From Candidatus Bathyarchaeia archaeon (lineage in GTDB: Archaea; Thermoproteota; Bathyarchaeia; Bathyarchaeales; Bathycorpusculaceae): a stretch of 64,000 nt of DNA. Position numbers and translations under genes: made by a program. Under the pieces are notes generated by a model. That model was given only the letters and a program-made list of their open reading frames with translations. It made no database searches and was not told the DNA's origin. Each line of letters opens with the position of its first letter. Positions within the stretch are counted from its first letter, which is position 1. Below, one piece after another: positions 38,929-49,459 of the stretch. The stretch covers positions 38,681 to 102,680 of the forward strand of contig JBEKGO010000004.1 of NCBI GenBank assembly GCA_050012755.1, written 5' to 3'.

Positions 38929-40860
38929 TCATAATTTTTCAACAATTTGTACCCTTGTGGCATGCGACTTTTTTCTTTTGATGTAGAATACTGATGTGAC
39001 GGTTGCAGCTAAGAGAATCGATAAGACAACGTATGGAACCACGCTTGGGCTGCTCTTAGTTGTTTCTTCAGGGCTTGGCGGCTGTTGTGTTGGATTAAGG
39101 TTTTCGATTTTTAGGTCTTTGAAGACGATGGCGTTGTCTTGGTTGTTTGTTATCAGTGTTACAGCTTCGGTACCGTTCATTGAGTTGTTAGCCGCTGTAC
39201 TTTCTATGAGCGTGCCATTAATGTTGAATAAATTAGAGGTTATTCCCTTGTCTGAAACGGTTGTAGTTGCCTGATACCATGTATTGTCATTTATGATTTG
39301 AGAAGCATTTGTGAACTCTGCACTGTTTCCCATATCTGTTATGTTTGATAAGTCGTCGTCGCTCAATGCTTTGACGTTTAGGCTATAATTGTCTCCGTTA
39401 TCTTTTTGGACTATAAAGCAAAACTGGTTGTTCAATGTTTGATTAAATCCGTCAGGCAATCTTAGGGGCGCCATATCCGCGGGCACATTCACAGGTACTG
39501 TAAATGTTTCGCTAGGAAACGTCGTTGTTATTGATTGATTTCGTATTCTTGTTGTTTGCTGGCTTGCCGGAATTTCTACGGTTGCTGTTTCCACGTTAGA
39601 CACCGCATGCCCTGCTGGCAGTATAATAAAATCGTAGCTGAACGAAACATTGGTCCCAATTGGAATAGTGAGAAAATCATTTATCCCTTGTATTGGGCGA
39701 GTAACAAAACCTGCTGTGACAGGTTGCCCGACTATATAGTTATAGTCAAATGCCTGAAATTGAATGAAGGATTGTGGCCCAACGAAAACTGTTAATGTTT
39801 CACTGTCGGCGCCAGCATAATTTGAATCGCCACCCCAGCTTGCAGTAATGTAATATGTGTCAGTTGAGCTGAAGTTCCAAGTGGACATGTAGCTGCCTGC
39901 ATCGTCAGTTACTGCGGTGAAATAATCCAAAGCGCCTCCGTTGTTGCTGACGTAGATTGTAACGTTTTGTCCTGAATATGCAGGTGAAATTGAACCTGAT
40001 ATAGTTAAGGAGCGCGTATCGTTATCTGTCATGTTTGCTGGTTGTTCAGACAGATTAACAGTTATATTTGACAGCAGTGGCGACATGTTTAAGCTTGATG
40101 AAACCTGTGCAGGGGCAAATTGCTCGGTGTTTTCAACCGGAATAATTACTGCACTTGCACCAGCTAAGGCTTCAGATTGATCTCCAACCCTCCAGTTACC
40201 TGCAGGAGTAGCTTCTGCTGTCCAGTAAGTTTTGTTGTCATATTCAAACCCGGTGAGGGGACTCGTTAAAGTGTGGTAGACAGGTTTGTAGGGCAAGTAA
40301 ATTCCAACATTCATGTGCTCAGGATCTATTCCTTTGTAATGAATCAAAACAACATCTAACCCTCCAGCTTTCATGATAGAAGCTGCAAGAAAAGATAATT
40401 CAACGCAATCTCCAGAATTTTCTTTCAGAGTTTCAACGGGATACTTCGGCTCAGTAATGGCATAGGGTATTTGGTGAACCATCGTTAAAACAGCGTCAGC
40501 AAACTGTTCGTCGCTGTGGGGCAGTTTATCTGTGATTTTTTGTATGCTCTCCGCGATGGGTGCTACCGCTTGCGGTGTTATGAATTTTGCGTAATCGCTG
40601 TCTTCATTTACTGTGTGGCTCATGTTACCGTAATAATTGTAGAGTGAAGGTGTTATGGAAATGTACAATTTTTGGTTGTTGAGTCCGCTGAGGAGGTCAG
40701 ATTGATGGCTGACAAGCCTATATTGGCGGTTGAAAAGTCCAGATGGAGCTTGGATATTATAGGTTTTTTCGTAGTTGGCTGCCGAAACGACTGATGTAAT
40801 AAAAACTGTAAGGAGAAGGCATACGAGAATGGGGCTGGCTTTCCAAAGTCTAAATTTCAT
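38929..40860 (-). CDS. Cell-surface transglutaminase-like (Cys protease fold) protein with Ig-like domain and C-terminal TM anchor
   Basis: YPVETL...GDC, HMNVG, AEAT; Ig-like YYITASWGGDSNY; TM helix followed by KRKK. Confidence 0.8.
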   Translation of the reverse strand: MKFRLWKASPILVCLLLTVFITSVVSAANYEKTYNIQAPSGLFNRQYRLVSHQSDLLSGLNNQKLYISITPSLYNYYGNMSHTVNEDSDYAKFITPQAVAPIAESIQKITDKLPHSDEQFADAVLTMVHQIPYAITEPKYPVETLKENSGDCVELSFLAASIMKAGGLDVVLIHYKGIDPEHMNVGIYLPYKPVYHTLTSPLTGFEYDNKTYWTAEATPAGNWRVGDQSEALAGASAVIIPVENTEQFAPAQVSSSLNMSPLLSNITVNLSEQPANMTDNDTRSLTISGSISPAYSGQNVTIYVSNNGGALDYFTAVTDDAGSYMSTWNFSSTDTYYITASWGGDSNYAGADSETLTVFVGPQSFIQFQAFDYNYIVGQPVTAGFVTRPIQGINDFLTIPIGTNVSFSYDFIILPAGHAVSNVETATVEIPASQQTTRIRNQSITTTFPSETFTVPVNVPADMAPLRLPDGFNQTLNNQFCFIVQKDNGDNYSLNVKALSDDDLSNITDMGNSAEFTNASQIINDNTWYQATTTVSDKGITSNLFNINGTLIESTAANNSMNGTEAVTLITNNQDNAIVFKDLKIENLNPTQQPPSPEETTKSSPSVVPYVVLSILLAATVTSVFYIKRKKSHATRVQIVEKL

Positions 40861-41090
40861 ATAAACCAGTACTCACATTAAGTGGCTTGAATGTGCTTAT
40901 GAACCATATGAACCAAAGGATTTATGTTTTTGTTATTTCCAAGTGTAACAACTTTATTGCATTGAGAGCAGAAAGTTTGGACTTAATACTTTCTCAGAAT
41001 ATTAGAGAATGAATCGCTGCTTCAAAGAGTCTAAGCTCTTATGAAAGTTTAAATTTTATAGTTTGACATTGTCTTGGAGAGGCGTAAGTT

Positions 41091-41297
41091 ATGGATAAGG
41101 ATGCTTTGGTTGAGATAGCGGTAAAACGGGTAAATGGAGAAATCGAGTACAAGGTTGATTGTTCTAAGGGAGTTACAAATGAAGAGTTAGCTCACTATCT
41201 TGATGAGATAATCGCCGGTATCTGCACTTGGAAACCAGACGTATGTGAAGGAACGATTCAAAGCATGGTTGGAAAAATTTCAGTAAATAATCCGTAA
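41091..41297 (+). CDS. Small hypothetical protein
   Basis: GGAGAGG upstream, plausible composition. Confidence 0.55.
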   Translation: MDKDALVEIAVKRVNGEIEYKVDCSKGVTNEELAHYLDEIIAGICTWKPDVCEGTIQSMVGKISVNNP

Positions 41298-41416
41298 AAA
41301 TATTCCGTTTCTTTTTGGAGAAGAGTTTTTTCCAGATATTTCTTGCGTTGGTTCTAAGTCTCATTAGTAATGATATTGCTCTCTTGAAGGCGATGTTCCT
41401 GTAATATGTTCTCACG

Positions 41417-42952
41417 CTACAGATTCAGTCGTTCTTTTCTATTTAATTCTTGAATAATCGGTAAGGTTATGGTAAAGATTGTTCCCTTGTTTAAGGTGCT
41501 CTCCACGGCTATTTTTCCATGATGTGCTTCGACAATTCGTTTGCATATTGCTAATCCTAAACCCATTCCCTGAGCTTTGGTAGTGAAAAGTGGTGTGAAG
41601 ATTTTTGCTATCACGTCAGAGGACATACCTATGCCTGTGTCGGCAAAGGCTAATTCTAAGTTTTCGCCATTTTGACGGCTGCTAATTTCAAGCGTGCCGC
41701 CTTCAGGCATAGCGTCAATAGCATTCTTAATAAGATTAATGAATACTCTTTCGATCTTGTTTGCATCTACCCAAATTGTAGGGAAGCTTTCCGTGTGATC
41801 AATTATTTTGATGCAGCTGGATGGCTTAATGGAGAGCAAGACATAATCTATTAGCGACCTAGGCGAGTATTCCTCAAGCTCCAGCTGAATCTCTCGACTA
41901 TAATCCAGCAGGTCCCCAACAATATTATCCGCGTGCTCAACTGAGCGATCAATAATGGCGAGCATCTCTTTACCCTTGTTATCCAAAGACCCGCTATATT
42001 TTTTCTTGAGGAAATAATTTGCATTCTTGATTCCCGCAAGTGGATTACGCAAATCATGCCCGACCATGCCTGCTAATTCGCCTATTGTTGCTAAACGTTC
42101 TGACTTTACAAGGCGCGTTTGTGTTTCAACTAATTCTCTTGTTCGTTCTTGAACGGTTAATTCTAGTCCTTTCGTGTATTCTTCGAGTTTTTCCTGCATG
42201 AGTTCTAACTCGGTTATGTCAATGTTTGTCTCAAGTATTTCGTCAACTTTGCCTTCACTGTTATAACTGGCGAGCCATCGACTTTTGACCGAAACTTGAT
42301 GGTTGAACTTTGTTTGTTGTGTTTTCTCTCCTGACCAGCAACCGGTTTTTTCGAGGTGACTGGTGATTTTTTCGTAAGACTCTGGGAATTCGGTTTTGAA
42401 GAGTTCTCGGCTTTTCCTTCCGACAGCTTCCTCTTTGGTCCAGCCGTAAAGGTCTTGTGCCCCTTGGCTCCAGAAAACAATGGTATCATCTATTTTTTTG
42501 ACAATTATTGCAAGGGGGCTTAGGTTGATTAGTTGAGCTTGTTTTTCTAGTATTTCTTCAGTTTTCTTGCGTTCTCTAATGTCTCTTACAACAACCATGA
42601 ATCCTATTTCTGTACCATCATGGTTTTTTATGACTGCAATTGTAGCTTCAACAGGAATAATAAGGCCGTTTTTAGGTAATGCAGCAAATTCTGTAGCTAC
42701 ACATTGACCAGTCTTAAGACATTCTGCAGAGATTTTTGCAGTTCTCGCTCGGTCTTTTTCCGCTATGAATTCAAGGATTTGTTTTCCTATCAGATCTGTT
42801 TTGTCTTTGGATCCATACATTTTTAGCAAAGCTTGATTTACATAGGTGATTTTTCCAGTTAGCTCTCCAATTATTATTCCGTCAGTGCACATTTCAATTG
42901 CTAACGAGAAGATTCGCAGTTTTTCAAGAGGTTTTTCTTTTGGCAACATCAC
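41417..42952 (-). CDS. PAS-PAS histidine kinase
   Basis: Two PAS/PAC domains, GHDLRNPL H-box, NLIKNAIDA, DTGIG, GMGLGL. Confidence 0.95.
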   Translation of the reverse strand: MMLPKEKPLEKLRIFSLAIEMCTDGIIIGELTGKITYVNQALLKMYGSKDKTDLIGKQILEFIAEKDRARTAKISAECLKTGQCVATEFAALPKNGLIIPVEATIAVIKNHDGTEIGFMVVVRDIRERKKTEEILEKQAQLINLSPLAIIVKKIDDTIVFWSQGAQDLYGWTKEEAVGRKSRELFKTEFPESYEKITSHLEKTGCWSGEKTQQTKFNHQVSVKSRWLASYNSEGKVDEILETNIDITELELMQEKLEEYTKGLELTVQERTRELVETQTRLVKSERLATIGELAGMVGHDLRNPLAGIKNANYFLKKKYSGSLDNKGKEMLAIIDRSVEHADNIVGDLLDYSREIQLELEEYSPRSLIDYVLLSIKPSSCIKIIDHTESFPTIWVDANKIERVFINLIKNAIDAMPEGGTLEISSRQNGENLELAFADTGIGMSSDVIAKIFTPLFTTKAQGMGLGLAICKRIVEAHHGKIAVESTLNKGTIFTITLPIIQELNRKERLNL

Positions 42953-43242
42953 TTTGTTTTTGTCTCAAGCCTATTTAAGCTAGGTGAAAACTGCTTTCTA
43001 TTAAATTTCTCTAGCAAGAATTTGTAGCAGCGCAGAAAGTTAATCGTCATCTAATATTTACTGAAAAGTGCTAGACTGCATTTTTGTTTACCACCACATG
43101 AGTCTCTCCAGTTAAGTCCTTTGGGCTTCTTCCAAAATTAGCACCAATTTTTTGGAAGAAATTTTCTTTGTGGAAAATTTGAGAGACTTGACGGCAGCTT
43201 CTTTAATAAAGTTCTGCAATAAACACAAACGTGATTGGCAAT

Positions 43243-43853
43243 ATGTGGGTTGAATTAGCTGATTAATGAGTTGTGGAAAAAACTGGAGAGGCTCTCGAAG
43301 GAAGAGGCTTCCATGTTAAGTTCTTGAATAACAAAGCAGAAGCACTTGAAAGACTGAAAAATCTTATTCCTCCAGGAGCTGAAGTAATGACCGGCAGTTC
43401 CAAAGTTCTAAAGGAAATTGGTTTTGTCGACTTCTTAAGTTCCAGTAAGCACCCTTGGAATAACCTAAAGGAAAAGATAGTATCAGAGAAGGATCCTAAA
43501 AAACAAGCTGAACTGCGCAAAAACGTGTCGCATCCGATTATTTCTTGGGAAGCGTTCACGCCGTTACAGAATCAGGAGAAGTAATCGTTGCTAGTGCCAC
43601 AGGCAGTCAATTAGCTTCCTACGTCTACACCTCTAACAATGTAATTTGGATTGTAGGCACACAAAAAATCGTTCCCAACTTGGAAGAAAGCCTAAGACGA
43701 ATCCGCGAATACGTTTTGACCCTTGAAGATCAAAGAATGAAGCAAGCTGGCTTCAAAGGCAACGCCATAGCCAAAATACTGATATTTGAAGAGGAAACCC
43801 TAACCTCTCGAAAAATTAGCCTGATTTTTGTTAACGAAAAATTGGGTTTCTGA
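43243..43853 (+). pseudogene. LUD-domain (lactate utilisation-like) protein, disrupted
   Basis: ATG 43243 then in-frame TAA TGA after 7 codons; frameshift in the A5 run at 43519-43523 joins ELRK to RVASDYFLGSVHAVTESG...GTQKIV. Confidence 0.75.
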
Positions 43854-43943
43854 TTCGATTTGGAATTTATGGCTCTTCCAAATGTTTAAGATTTGTCAAC
43901 TTTTTTGCGTTACGCTTTTAATAATTAGTTAACGATAACATAT

Positions 43944-44288
43944 GTGGGTTTGAATGCAGAAGTTTCGTGGTTGCAACCCAAATGTTGTGAAGGTTTGTTT
44001 ATGGGACAGGAAAAAGGAAAAAGAGTCGGCGAAGTAAAAGTTAAAACGTACATTTTAAAAAACGACAACACCCTGCTAAAATTGGACAAAGCCACCGTCA
44101 GAACGTGCAGTTTGCCCGAGGATGAAGCCCAGGAAAGAAGTTGCCCAGAAATGGGCAAACCCGAAGGCAGAGCATGTGAGGAATTGATTTTAGTTTATAG
44201 GCCCAGCGGATGCGTTAAGGAAACCGAAGAAGTTGACCTAGATGAAGTCACAACAATTGCTGCAGAAGTTTTGACCACCGAAAAGTAA
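43944..44288 (+). CDS. Hypothetical protein upstream of the aRF1 paralog
   Basis: Probable start MGQEK; stop 9 nt before the next gene. Confidence 0.55.
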   Translation: MGLNAEVSWLQPKCCEGLFMGQEKGKRVGEVKVKTYILKNDNTLLKLDKATVRTCSLPEDEAQERSCPEMGKPEGRACEELILVYRPSGCVKETEEVDLDEVTTIAAEVLTTEK

Positions 44289-44297
44289 GGTGCAAAT

Positions 44298-45581
44298 TTG
44301 GTTAATGAAAAAGTAGCGTCGCATTTTCACGGCTGCCAGATAGCAACCACTAATTCCGTGAAACAGCATAAACTGAAGAAGCTCATAGCGTGGCTATCAG
44401 GCAAAGAAGGACGGGGCATGGAGTTTATCTCGCTTTACATACCTAGGGAACAATCAATAGATGAGGTAACCGCGTTTCTCAAGGCGGAGTCCGATTCTGC
44501 GGCAGCTAAATCCAAAAGTGTGGGCCGCCTCCAAGATGCGCTCAAGACTGTGATTCAGGATCTAAAGCTGCGCAAGGAAATTCCAGAGAATGGGCTTGCG
44601 ATATTTGCTGGAACTTTCACTGCCGATGATTCGGAAGGCGCGGCTTTGAATGTTGAAGATGTCGTTCCGCCAGAGCCTATTATGCAATATCGTTACGAGG
44701 TTGACAACCATTTCCAGTTGGAGCCACTGAGGGAAATGCTAAGAGACCTAAAGGTTGTGGGACTAATCGCCATGGATTCAAAGGAGGCAAGCTTTGGTCT
44801 GCTCAATGGTGAACGCTTCGAATTCATCGAAAACATCACTTCAGGGATTCCGGGAAAGTCTGGGAAGGGTGGGTCGAGCCAAAGAAGGTACGAAAGAGAA
44901 CGCGACACGGAACTCACACGCTACTTTCACAGGGTTGCAGAGCATGCAGCAAAGGCATTTCTCGAAAACCACAAAATCACAGTTTTGCTTGTTGGAGGAC
45001 CGGGTACAACAAAAGAAGATTTCCTAAACGGCAATTTCCTTCATTATGAGCTAAAGAATGTGTTTTTGGGCAAAGTGGATACTCAATCCGCTAGCAGAGA
45101 AGGCGTGCGAGAGATGCTTGACAAATCATCTGAGTCATTGAAAAACATGTGTTTGCCGGAGCAAAAGAGCATCGTGCAACGTCTTCTATCAGATATCGCC
45201 AAACAAGATGGTTTGGCTACTTACGGATTAGATTCAGTATTGAACGCCCTCAAGAATGGTGAAGCCGAAGTTGCGCTAGTAATAGACAGTACAGATATAA
45301 TTGAAATTGTTGTAATGTGCAAAAAATGCTCTCTAGCCAAGACAAAGATAGTGGATAAGGGTAAAAAGGTTCAAACAATGCGGGAAATGGCATCGATCCC
45401 CTGTGAAAGATGCGGTGCAGTTGAATATGAAGTTGATGAGAAGGACATAATAGATGTCTTGGAAGATGTTGCTTCACAAACAAATGCGAGAGTTGAGGTA
45501 ATATCTCCTGAGTCGGAGGAAAAAGCAAAGCTCAACGCCTTAGGAGGCTTTGCTGGTCTTTTGAGATTCAATTATAAATAA
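44298..45581 (+). CDS. Peptide chain release factor aRF1 paralog with degenerate motifs
   Basis: GRGMEFISLYIP, PENGLAIFAG, PPEPI, PGKSGKGGSSQRRYER, GGPG, GGFAGLLRF, zinc minidomain CKKC...CERC. Confidence 0.9.
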   Translation: MVNEKVASHFHGCQIATTNSVKQHKLKKLIAWLSGKEGRGMEFISLYIPREQSIDEVTAFLKAESDSAAAKSKSVGRLQDALKTVIQDLKLRKEIPENGLAIFAGTFTADDSEGAALNVEDVVPPEPIMQYRYEVDNHFQLEPLREMLRDLKVVGLIAMDSKEASFGLLNGERFEFIENITSGIPGKSGKGGSSQRRYERERDTELTRYFHRVAEHAAKAFLENHKITVLLVGGPGTTKEDFLNGNFLHYELKNVFLGKVDTQSASREGVREMLDKSSESLKNMCLPEQKSIVQRLLSDIAKQDGLATYGLDSVLNALKNGEAEVALVIDSTDIIEIVVMCKKCSLAKTKIVDKGKKVQTMREMASIPCERCGAVEYEVDEKDIIDVLEDVASQTNARVEVISPESEEKAKLNALGGFAGLLRFNYK

Positions 45582-45663
45582 GAATTCTTTTGAAAATAAT
45601 GGCTAGGTTTACAAATAAGATTCTCATTTACTTAATTGGAGATAATATCTGCTAACCGTTACT

Positions 45664-46653
45664 TTGCTCAAGCAACACGAAGAAGGCCGATGGCAATCAG
45701 AAAATCTAGAAGCTTTGCCTGAAGAAATCAGCAAGGACCAGGTTCTGTGGGTTGATGCCCAAGATCCGACTGATGCCGAAATGAAAGAGCTGAAAGATTA
45801 CTTTAGTATAGATGAACACAACCTTCAAGAACTCACTGAAGAAGGCGAACGTTCAAGAATAGATGAACATGAAGACCGCATGTTTTGCCTACTTAATTTT
45901 CCTCATAGAGAAGGCTTTATTTCTGATGGCAAGATGGAACGGTTGGCAATGCTTGTTTGTAAAAAATGGTTAATAACCTTTCATAAAGGCTACTCTGAGT
46001 TGACTTGTTCTGTTTACAAAAAAATAGGCACTCACGGCTATTTTTCTTTATCCCTTGTTCCTTCAACTGATATCATGCTCTATATTTTCTTGGATTTGGT
46101 CACCAGTGAATATTACCCAGTTTCAGATTCGGTGTTTGAACGAATAGAAGTTTTGAGTCAAGAAGCCCTAGGCTTTTTCAGACAAGGGACAAAACGCACA
46201 GACCGCGGCTTCTCGATGCAGGTTTTAAAGGTGAGAGAGAAACTGGTGACTCTCAGACAGAGTTTAAGTCCGCTCCGCGAAATTATGGGAAGAATAACAA
46301 GGGGAGAATTTGCATTAGTGGCGGGAGTGAACCTTCCCCGTTTCGGAGACCTCTACGATAGGACAATCCAGCTGGTGGAGGTTGTTGATGCTCACCGAGA
46401 AGAAATGAGCAACATCCGAGACATCTTAGTCAACGTGCAAACAATAAACACAAACAACATCATCCGAATACTAACAATAATCTCAGCCATCTTTCTCCCA
46501 TTGACTTTGATTGCTGGAATTTATGGAACAAACTTCAAACCCGCACAGATTCCGGAAGTAACCAGCCCTTACGGCTTCTACATAATGATTGCAATAATGG
46601 TTACAGTTGCTTTGAGCCTTGCTTTGATTTTCAAGCGAAGAGGCTGGATATAA
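45664..46653 (+). CDS. corA: CorA-family divalent cation transporter
   Basis: LWVDAQDP, FLPLTLIAGIYGTNF (GMN variant), two C-terminal TM helices. Confidence 0.9.
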   Translation: MLKQHEEGRWQSENLEALPEEISKDQVLWVDAQDPTDAEMKELKDYFSIDEHNLQELTEEGERSRIDEHEDRMFCLLNFPHREGFISDGKMERLAMLVCKKWLITFHKGYSELTCSVYKKIGTHGYFSLSLVPSTDIMLYIFLDLVTSEYYPVSDSVFERIEVLSQEALGFFRQGTKRTDRGFSMQVLKVREKLVTLRQSLSPLREIMGRITRGEFALVAGVNLPRFGDLYDRTIQLVEVVDAHREEMSNIRDILVNVQTINTNNIIRILTIISAIFLPLTLIAGIYGTNFKPAQIPEVTSPYGFYIMIAIMVTVALSLALIFKRRGWI

Positions 46654-46977
46654 AAGGAAAATTGGGCGACTCTACACCTGATGTAAATGGAATTTCGAGT
46701 ACGCCAACGCAACATCAGATATGGAACGTTTGGGAAAAGTTTTTTGTAGCTACCTAGGGTTAGAGGCACAGTTGTGGTTGTGACAGTATGTGCAGTTTCA
46801 TTGGCATTGAAAAATCGAAAAATCGATGCGAACTCTGCTTAATTCCAAGTTGACGGAGAAAATAAAGAGTCTTCCTTGAGACTTATCATTTTCTTTTTTC
46901 TCGATACACGAAATTGAGCCTAACGAACTAAATCGCACTAACATTATAAGTTAGGAAATGTCATGAAATAAAAGCGA

Positions 46978-48882
46978 GTGCTTGAAAAGAAAGGACGGAG
47001 AAGGTTAATGAATGCTAAAGTCTGGAAACTTTTAGGATTATTATTAATTGTAGTTTTTGCCTTGTCAATCACAGGTATGGTTCATGCTACATCTCCGATA
47101 ACAGTAGGAACTTCTCCTACAGGAATAGCTTATGACTCCGCTAAGGGCGAGCTCTTTGTAGCTAATTCTGGGTACAATACTGTCTCTGTTATTTCTGATA
47201 ATTCTAATTCTGTGTTTAAAACCATAACAGTGGGTACCTCTCCAACAGGTGTAGCTTACGATTTTGGTAGAGGTTACATCTATGTTACTAATCACGGTTC
47301 CAACTCTGTCTCAGTTATATTGGACAACAGTTACCTCGTCATTAAAACCATAGCTGTGGGAACAAGCCCTACTAACATAGCTTATGATTCTGGCCAGAAT
47401 AAGATATTTGTCGTCAATTCTGAGGACAATACAGTCTCGGTTATATCTGATAATTCAAATCTCGTGGTTGCAAATGTAACCGTTGGAACAAATCCCAACA
47501 AGGTAATCTATGACTCTGCTATGGGCGAGGTCTTTGTTGCTAATTCTGGGTACAATACGGTTTCTGTTATAAATGATATTTCTAATTTAGTGGTTAAAAC
47601 CATTACCGTGGGAAGCGGTCCAGCAGGAGGCGCCTATGATTCAGGCATGAACGAGATATTTATAGCCAATTCTGTCCCTGGTACCGTCTCTGTTATTTCT
47701 GATAGTAACAATTCTGTGGTTGCAACCATACCTGTAGGAACCAATCCTTATGGCATAGCATATGATCCTGTTACGAGCGAGTTATACGTGGTCAACCACG
47801 GTTCTGCTTCTATGTCAATCATTTCTGATAGTAACAATTCTGTGGTATCAACCGTAGCTGTGGGAGCCTCTCCTACAGGCGTCGTTTATGATCCTGGCAA
47901 AGGCAAAATATACGTAACCAACGAAGGCGCAAACAGCATCTCCGTAATACCAGATTCTTCTGTCACGTCTCCGTCGCCAAGCCCATCTACCTCGGCCTCT
48001 TCCAGTCCTGCCACCTCCTCGTCGCCAACAGCATCTTCTTCTGCGTCACCTGGCCCGACTGCTAGTGCGTCCGATCTTCTGCAGCAGGTCTGGGTTCCCA
48101 AACCAACAAATGCAGCGGTTTCCGTTGGCGTATCGACAGTCATAGTTGGACTAGTTGCGGCAATTTTTTCCTCATTAAGCAACCCATTAGGAAAAGTGGG
48201 CGGGGCACCTGCCGAAAAAACAAAAGGAATAATCCCTGACAACATAAAACAATGGCTTGAGGAAGTAATCTCTTCAAGACGCGAAACTGAAGCTTTAGAA
48301 AAGACTGGCTCGCTTTTCAAGCCAACCGGAGCTGAAGTCCTAGCTTACATCGTTGCAATAATTGTTCTAGGAGTTTCTTTCGCATACGTTAAAGTTATCA
48401 CTCTGAGCCAAATTTGGGCACTGCTACCAGTATTCATCGCTACAAGCGTCATCGTCGGCTTCGTCCAAAAGTTCGTTTCCATAGTGTATTTACGAAGCAA
48501 AGGCGTATGGAGTGAACACTCAATTTGGCCTTTAGGACTTATCCTTTTCCTTTTCACCACCTTTGCCTTCAGAGTTCCATTCTCTTCACCAACGCGCAGT
48601 GTACACTCCAAAAAATTCACAGAACGCTTGGGCGCTATCGCTGCTACATCTGAAATCCTTATCAGTTTAGCCTTTGCAGGACTTTTCTTCCTGCTGTGGA
48701 AAGGAGGTTACGCTGCTGTTGGAGACGCAGGATTATCAATGTGCGTTATCGGTTCTTTCTGTGGCACATTCCCAGTGGCTCCACTGAGCGGAAAAGACAT
48801 TTTCAAGTATAGCAAAAGCCTTTGGGTAGGACTCTTCATTGCTACATTAGCTGTATTCGTCGCTTGGCTGCTACTAATATAA
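46978..48882 (+). CDS. YVTN beta-propeller surface protein fused to a degenerate M50-peptidase-like membrane domain
   Basis: Seven ~42-aa repeats (VGTSPTGIAYDS...FVANS...VSVI), Ser/Pro linker, multi-TM C-terminus. Confidence 0.85.
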   Translation: MLEKKGRRRLMNAKVWKLLGLLLIVVFALSITGMVHATSPITVGTSPTGIAYDSAKGELFVANSGYNTVSVISDNSNSVFKTITVGTSPTGVAYDFGRGYIYVTNHGSNSVSVILDNSYLVIKTIAVGTSPTNIAYDSGQNKIFVVNSEDNTVSVISDNSNLVVANVTVGTNPNKVIYDSAMGEVFVANSGYNTVSVINDISNLVVKTITVGSGPAGGAYDSGMNEIFIANSVPGTVSVISDSNNSVVATIPVGTNPYGIAYDPVTSELYVVNHGSASMSIISDSNNSVVSTVAVGASPTGVVYDPGKGKIYVTNEGANSISVIPDSSVTSPSPSPSTSASSSPATSSSPTASSSASPGPTASASDLLQQVWVPKPTNAAVSVGVSTVIVGLVAAIFSSLSNPLGKVGGAPAEKTKGIIPDNIKQWLEEVISSRRETEALEKTGSLFKPTGAEVLAYIVAIIVLGVSFAYVKVITLSQIWALLPVFIATSVIVGFVQKFVSIVYLRSKGVWSEHSIWPLGLILFLFTTFAFRVPFSSPTRSVHSKKFTERLGAIAATSEILISLAFAGLFFLLWKGGYAAVGDAGLSMCVIGSFCGTFPVAPLSGKDIFKYSKSLWVGLFIATLAVFVAWLLLI

Positions 48883-48893
48883 AAAACCTGTTA

Positions 48894-48919
48894 GCGCTTA
48901 TTTTTAAGCGCATTTTTTT
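48894..48919 (+). terminator. Hairpin plus T-run after the YVTN gene
   Basis: GCGCTTA-TTTT-TAAGCGC followed by ATTTTTTT. Confidence 0.5.
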
Positions 48920-49067
48920 CTTTGTTTCGTGTTGCGGCATGAACAATAGGTGATAATTAAGAGGGCAATTCCAAGTACTCCCACCACTACAACTGTGTAA
49001 ACAGCGTAAGTGAACGAGTTCAATTGACTAGTCTTTTTGAATATAAGCTTATATACGTAAAGAACTG

Positions 49068-49301
49068 ATGTGGATTAAAGAAGGCTTTGAAATGGGAGAA
49101 AATGCAAAACCAAGTAGCAATATGAACATGCACGCAATTATTCTTGGCGTATTAGGAATACTCTTGCTAATCGTTGGATTAGCAATAATAACTATTCATG
49201 GCGCTCCTCTAAGAGGCTCAGGGGCCGGTACCATTTTTAGTATATTAGGTATCCTAATGCTAGTTATTGCTGCTTTAAGATTCTTTTATAAGAAAAAATA
49301 A
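49068..49301 (+). CDS. Small two-TM membrane protein
   Basis: Two hydrophobic helices, KKK tail. Confidence 0.65.
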   Translation: MWIKEGFEMGENAKPSSNMNMHAIILGVLGILLLIVGLAIITIHGAPLRGSGAGTIFSILGILMLVIAALRFFYKKK

Positions 49302-49303
49302 AC

Positions 49304-49343
49304 GAGTCTTCTGAAGACTCTTCCATTTCTTTTTTTATTTCTT
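49304..49343 (+). terminator. Inverted repeat plus T-rich tract
   Basis: GAGTCTTC-T-GAAGACTC followed by a T-rich run just after the stop. Confidence 0.45.
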
Positions 49344-49459
49344 TAAGGCAAGTGGCAATCTAATGCTCTAGAGCTGAAAAGAGGGAAACAAGATTCTGTG
49401 TTGTTGGATAGGAACAGACTAATTAGTCTAAAAGTGCAAGAATAATTTGGGTAGCGTGT

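Noticed and set aside
41417-42952. Orphan histidine kinase as a novel system
   Set aside because: Stand-alone PAS kinases without an adjacent response regulator are common in archaea
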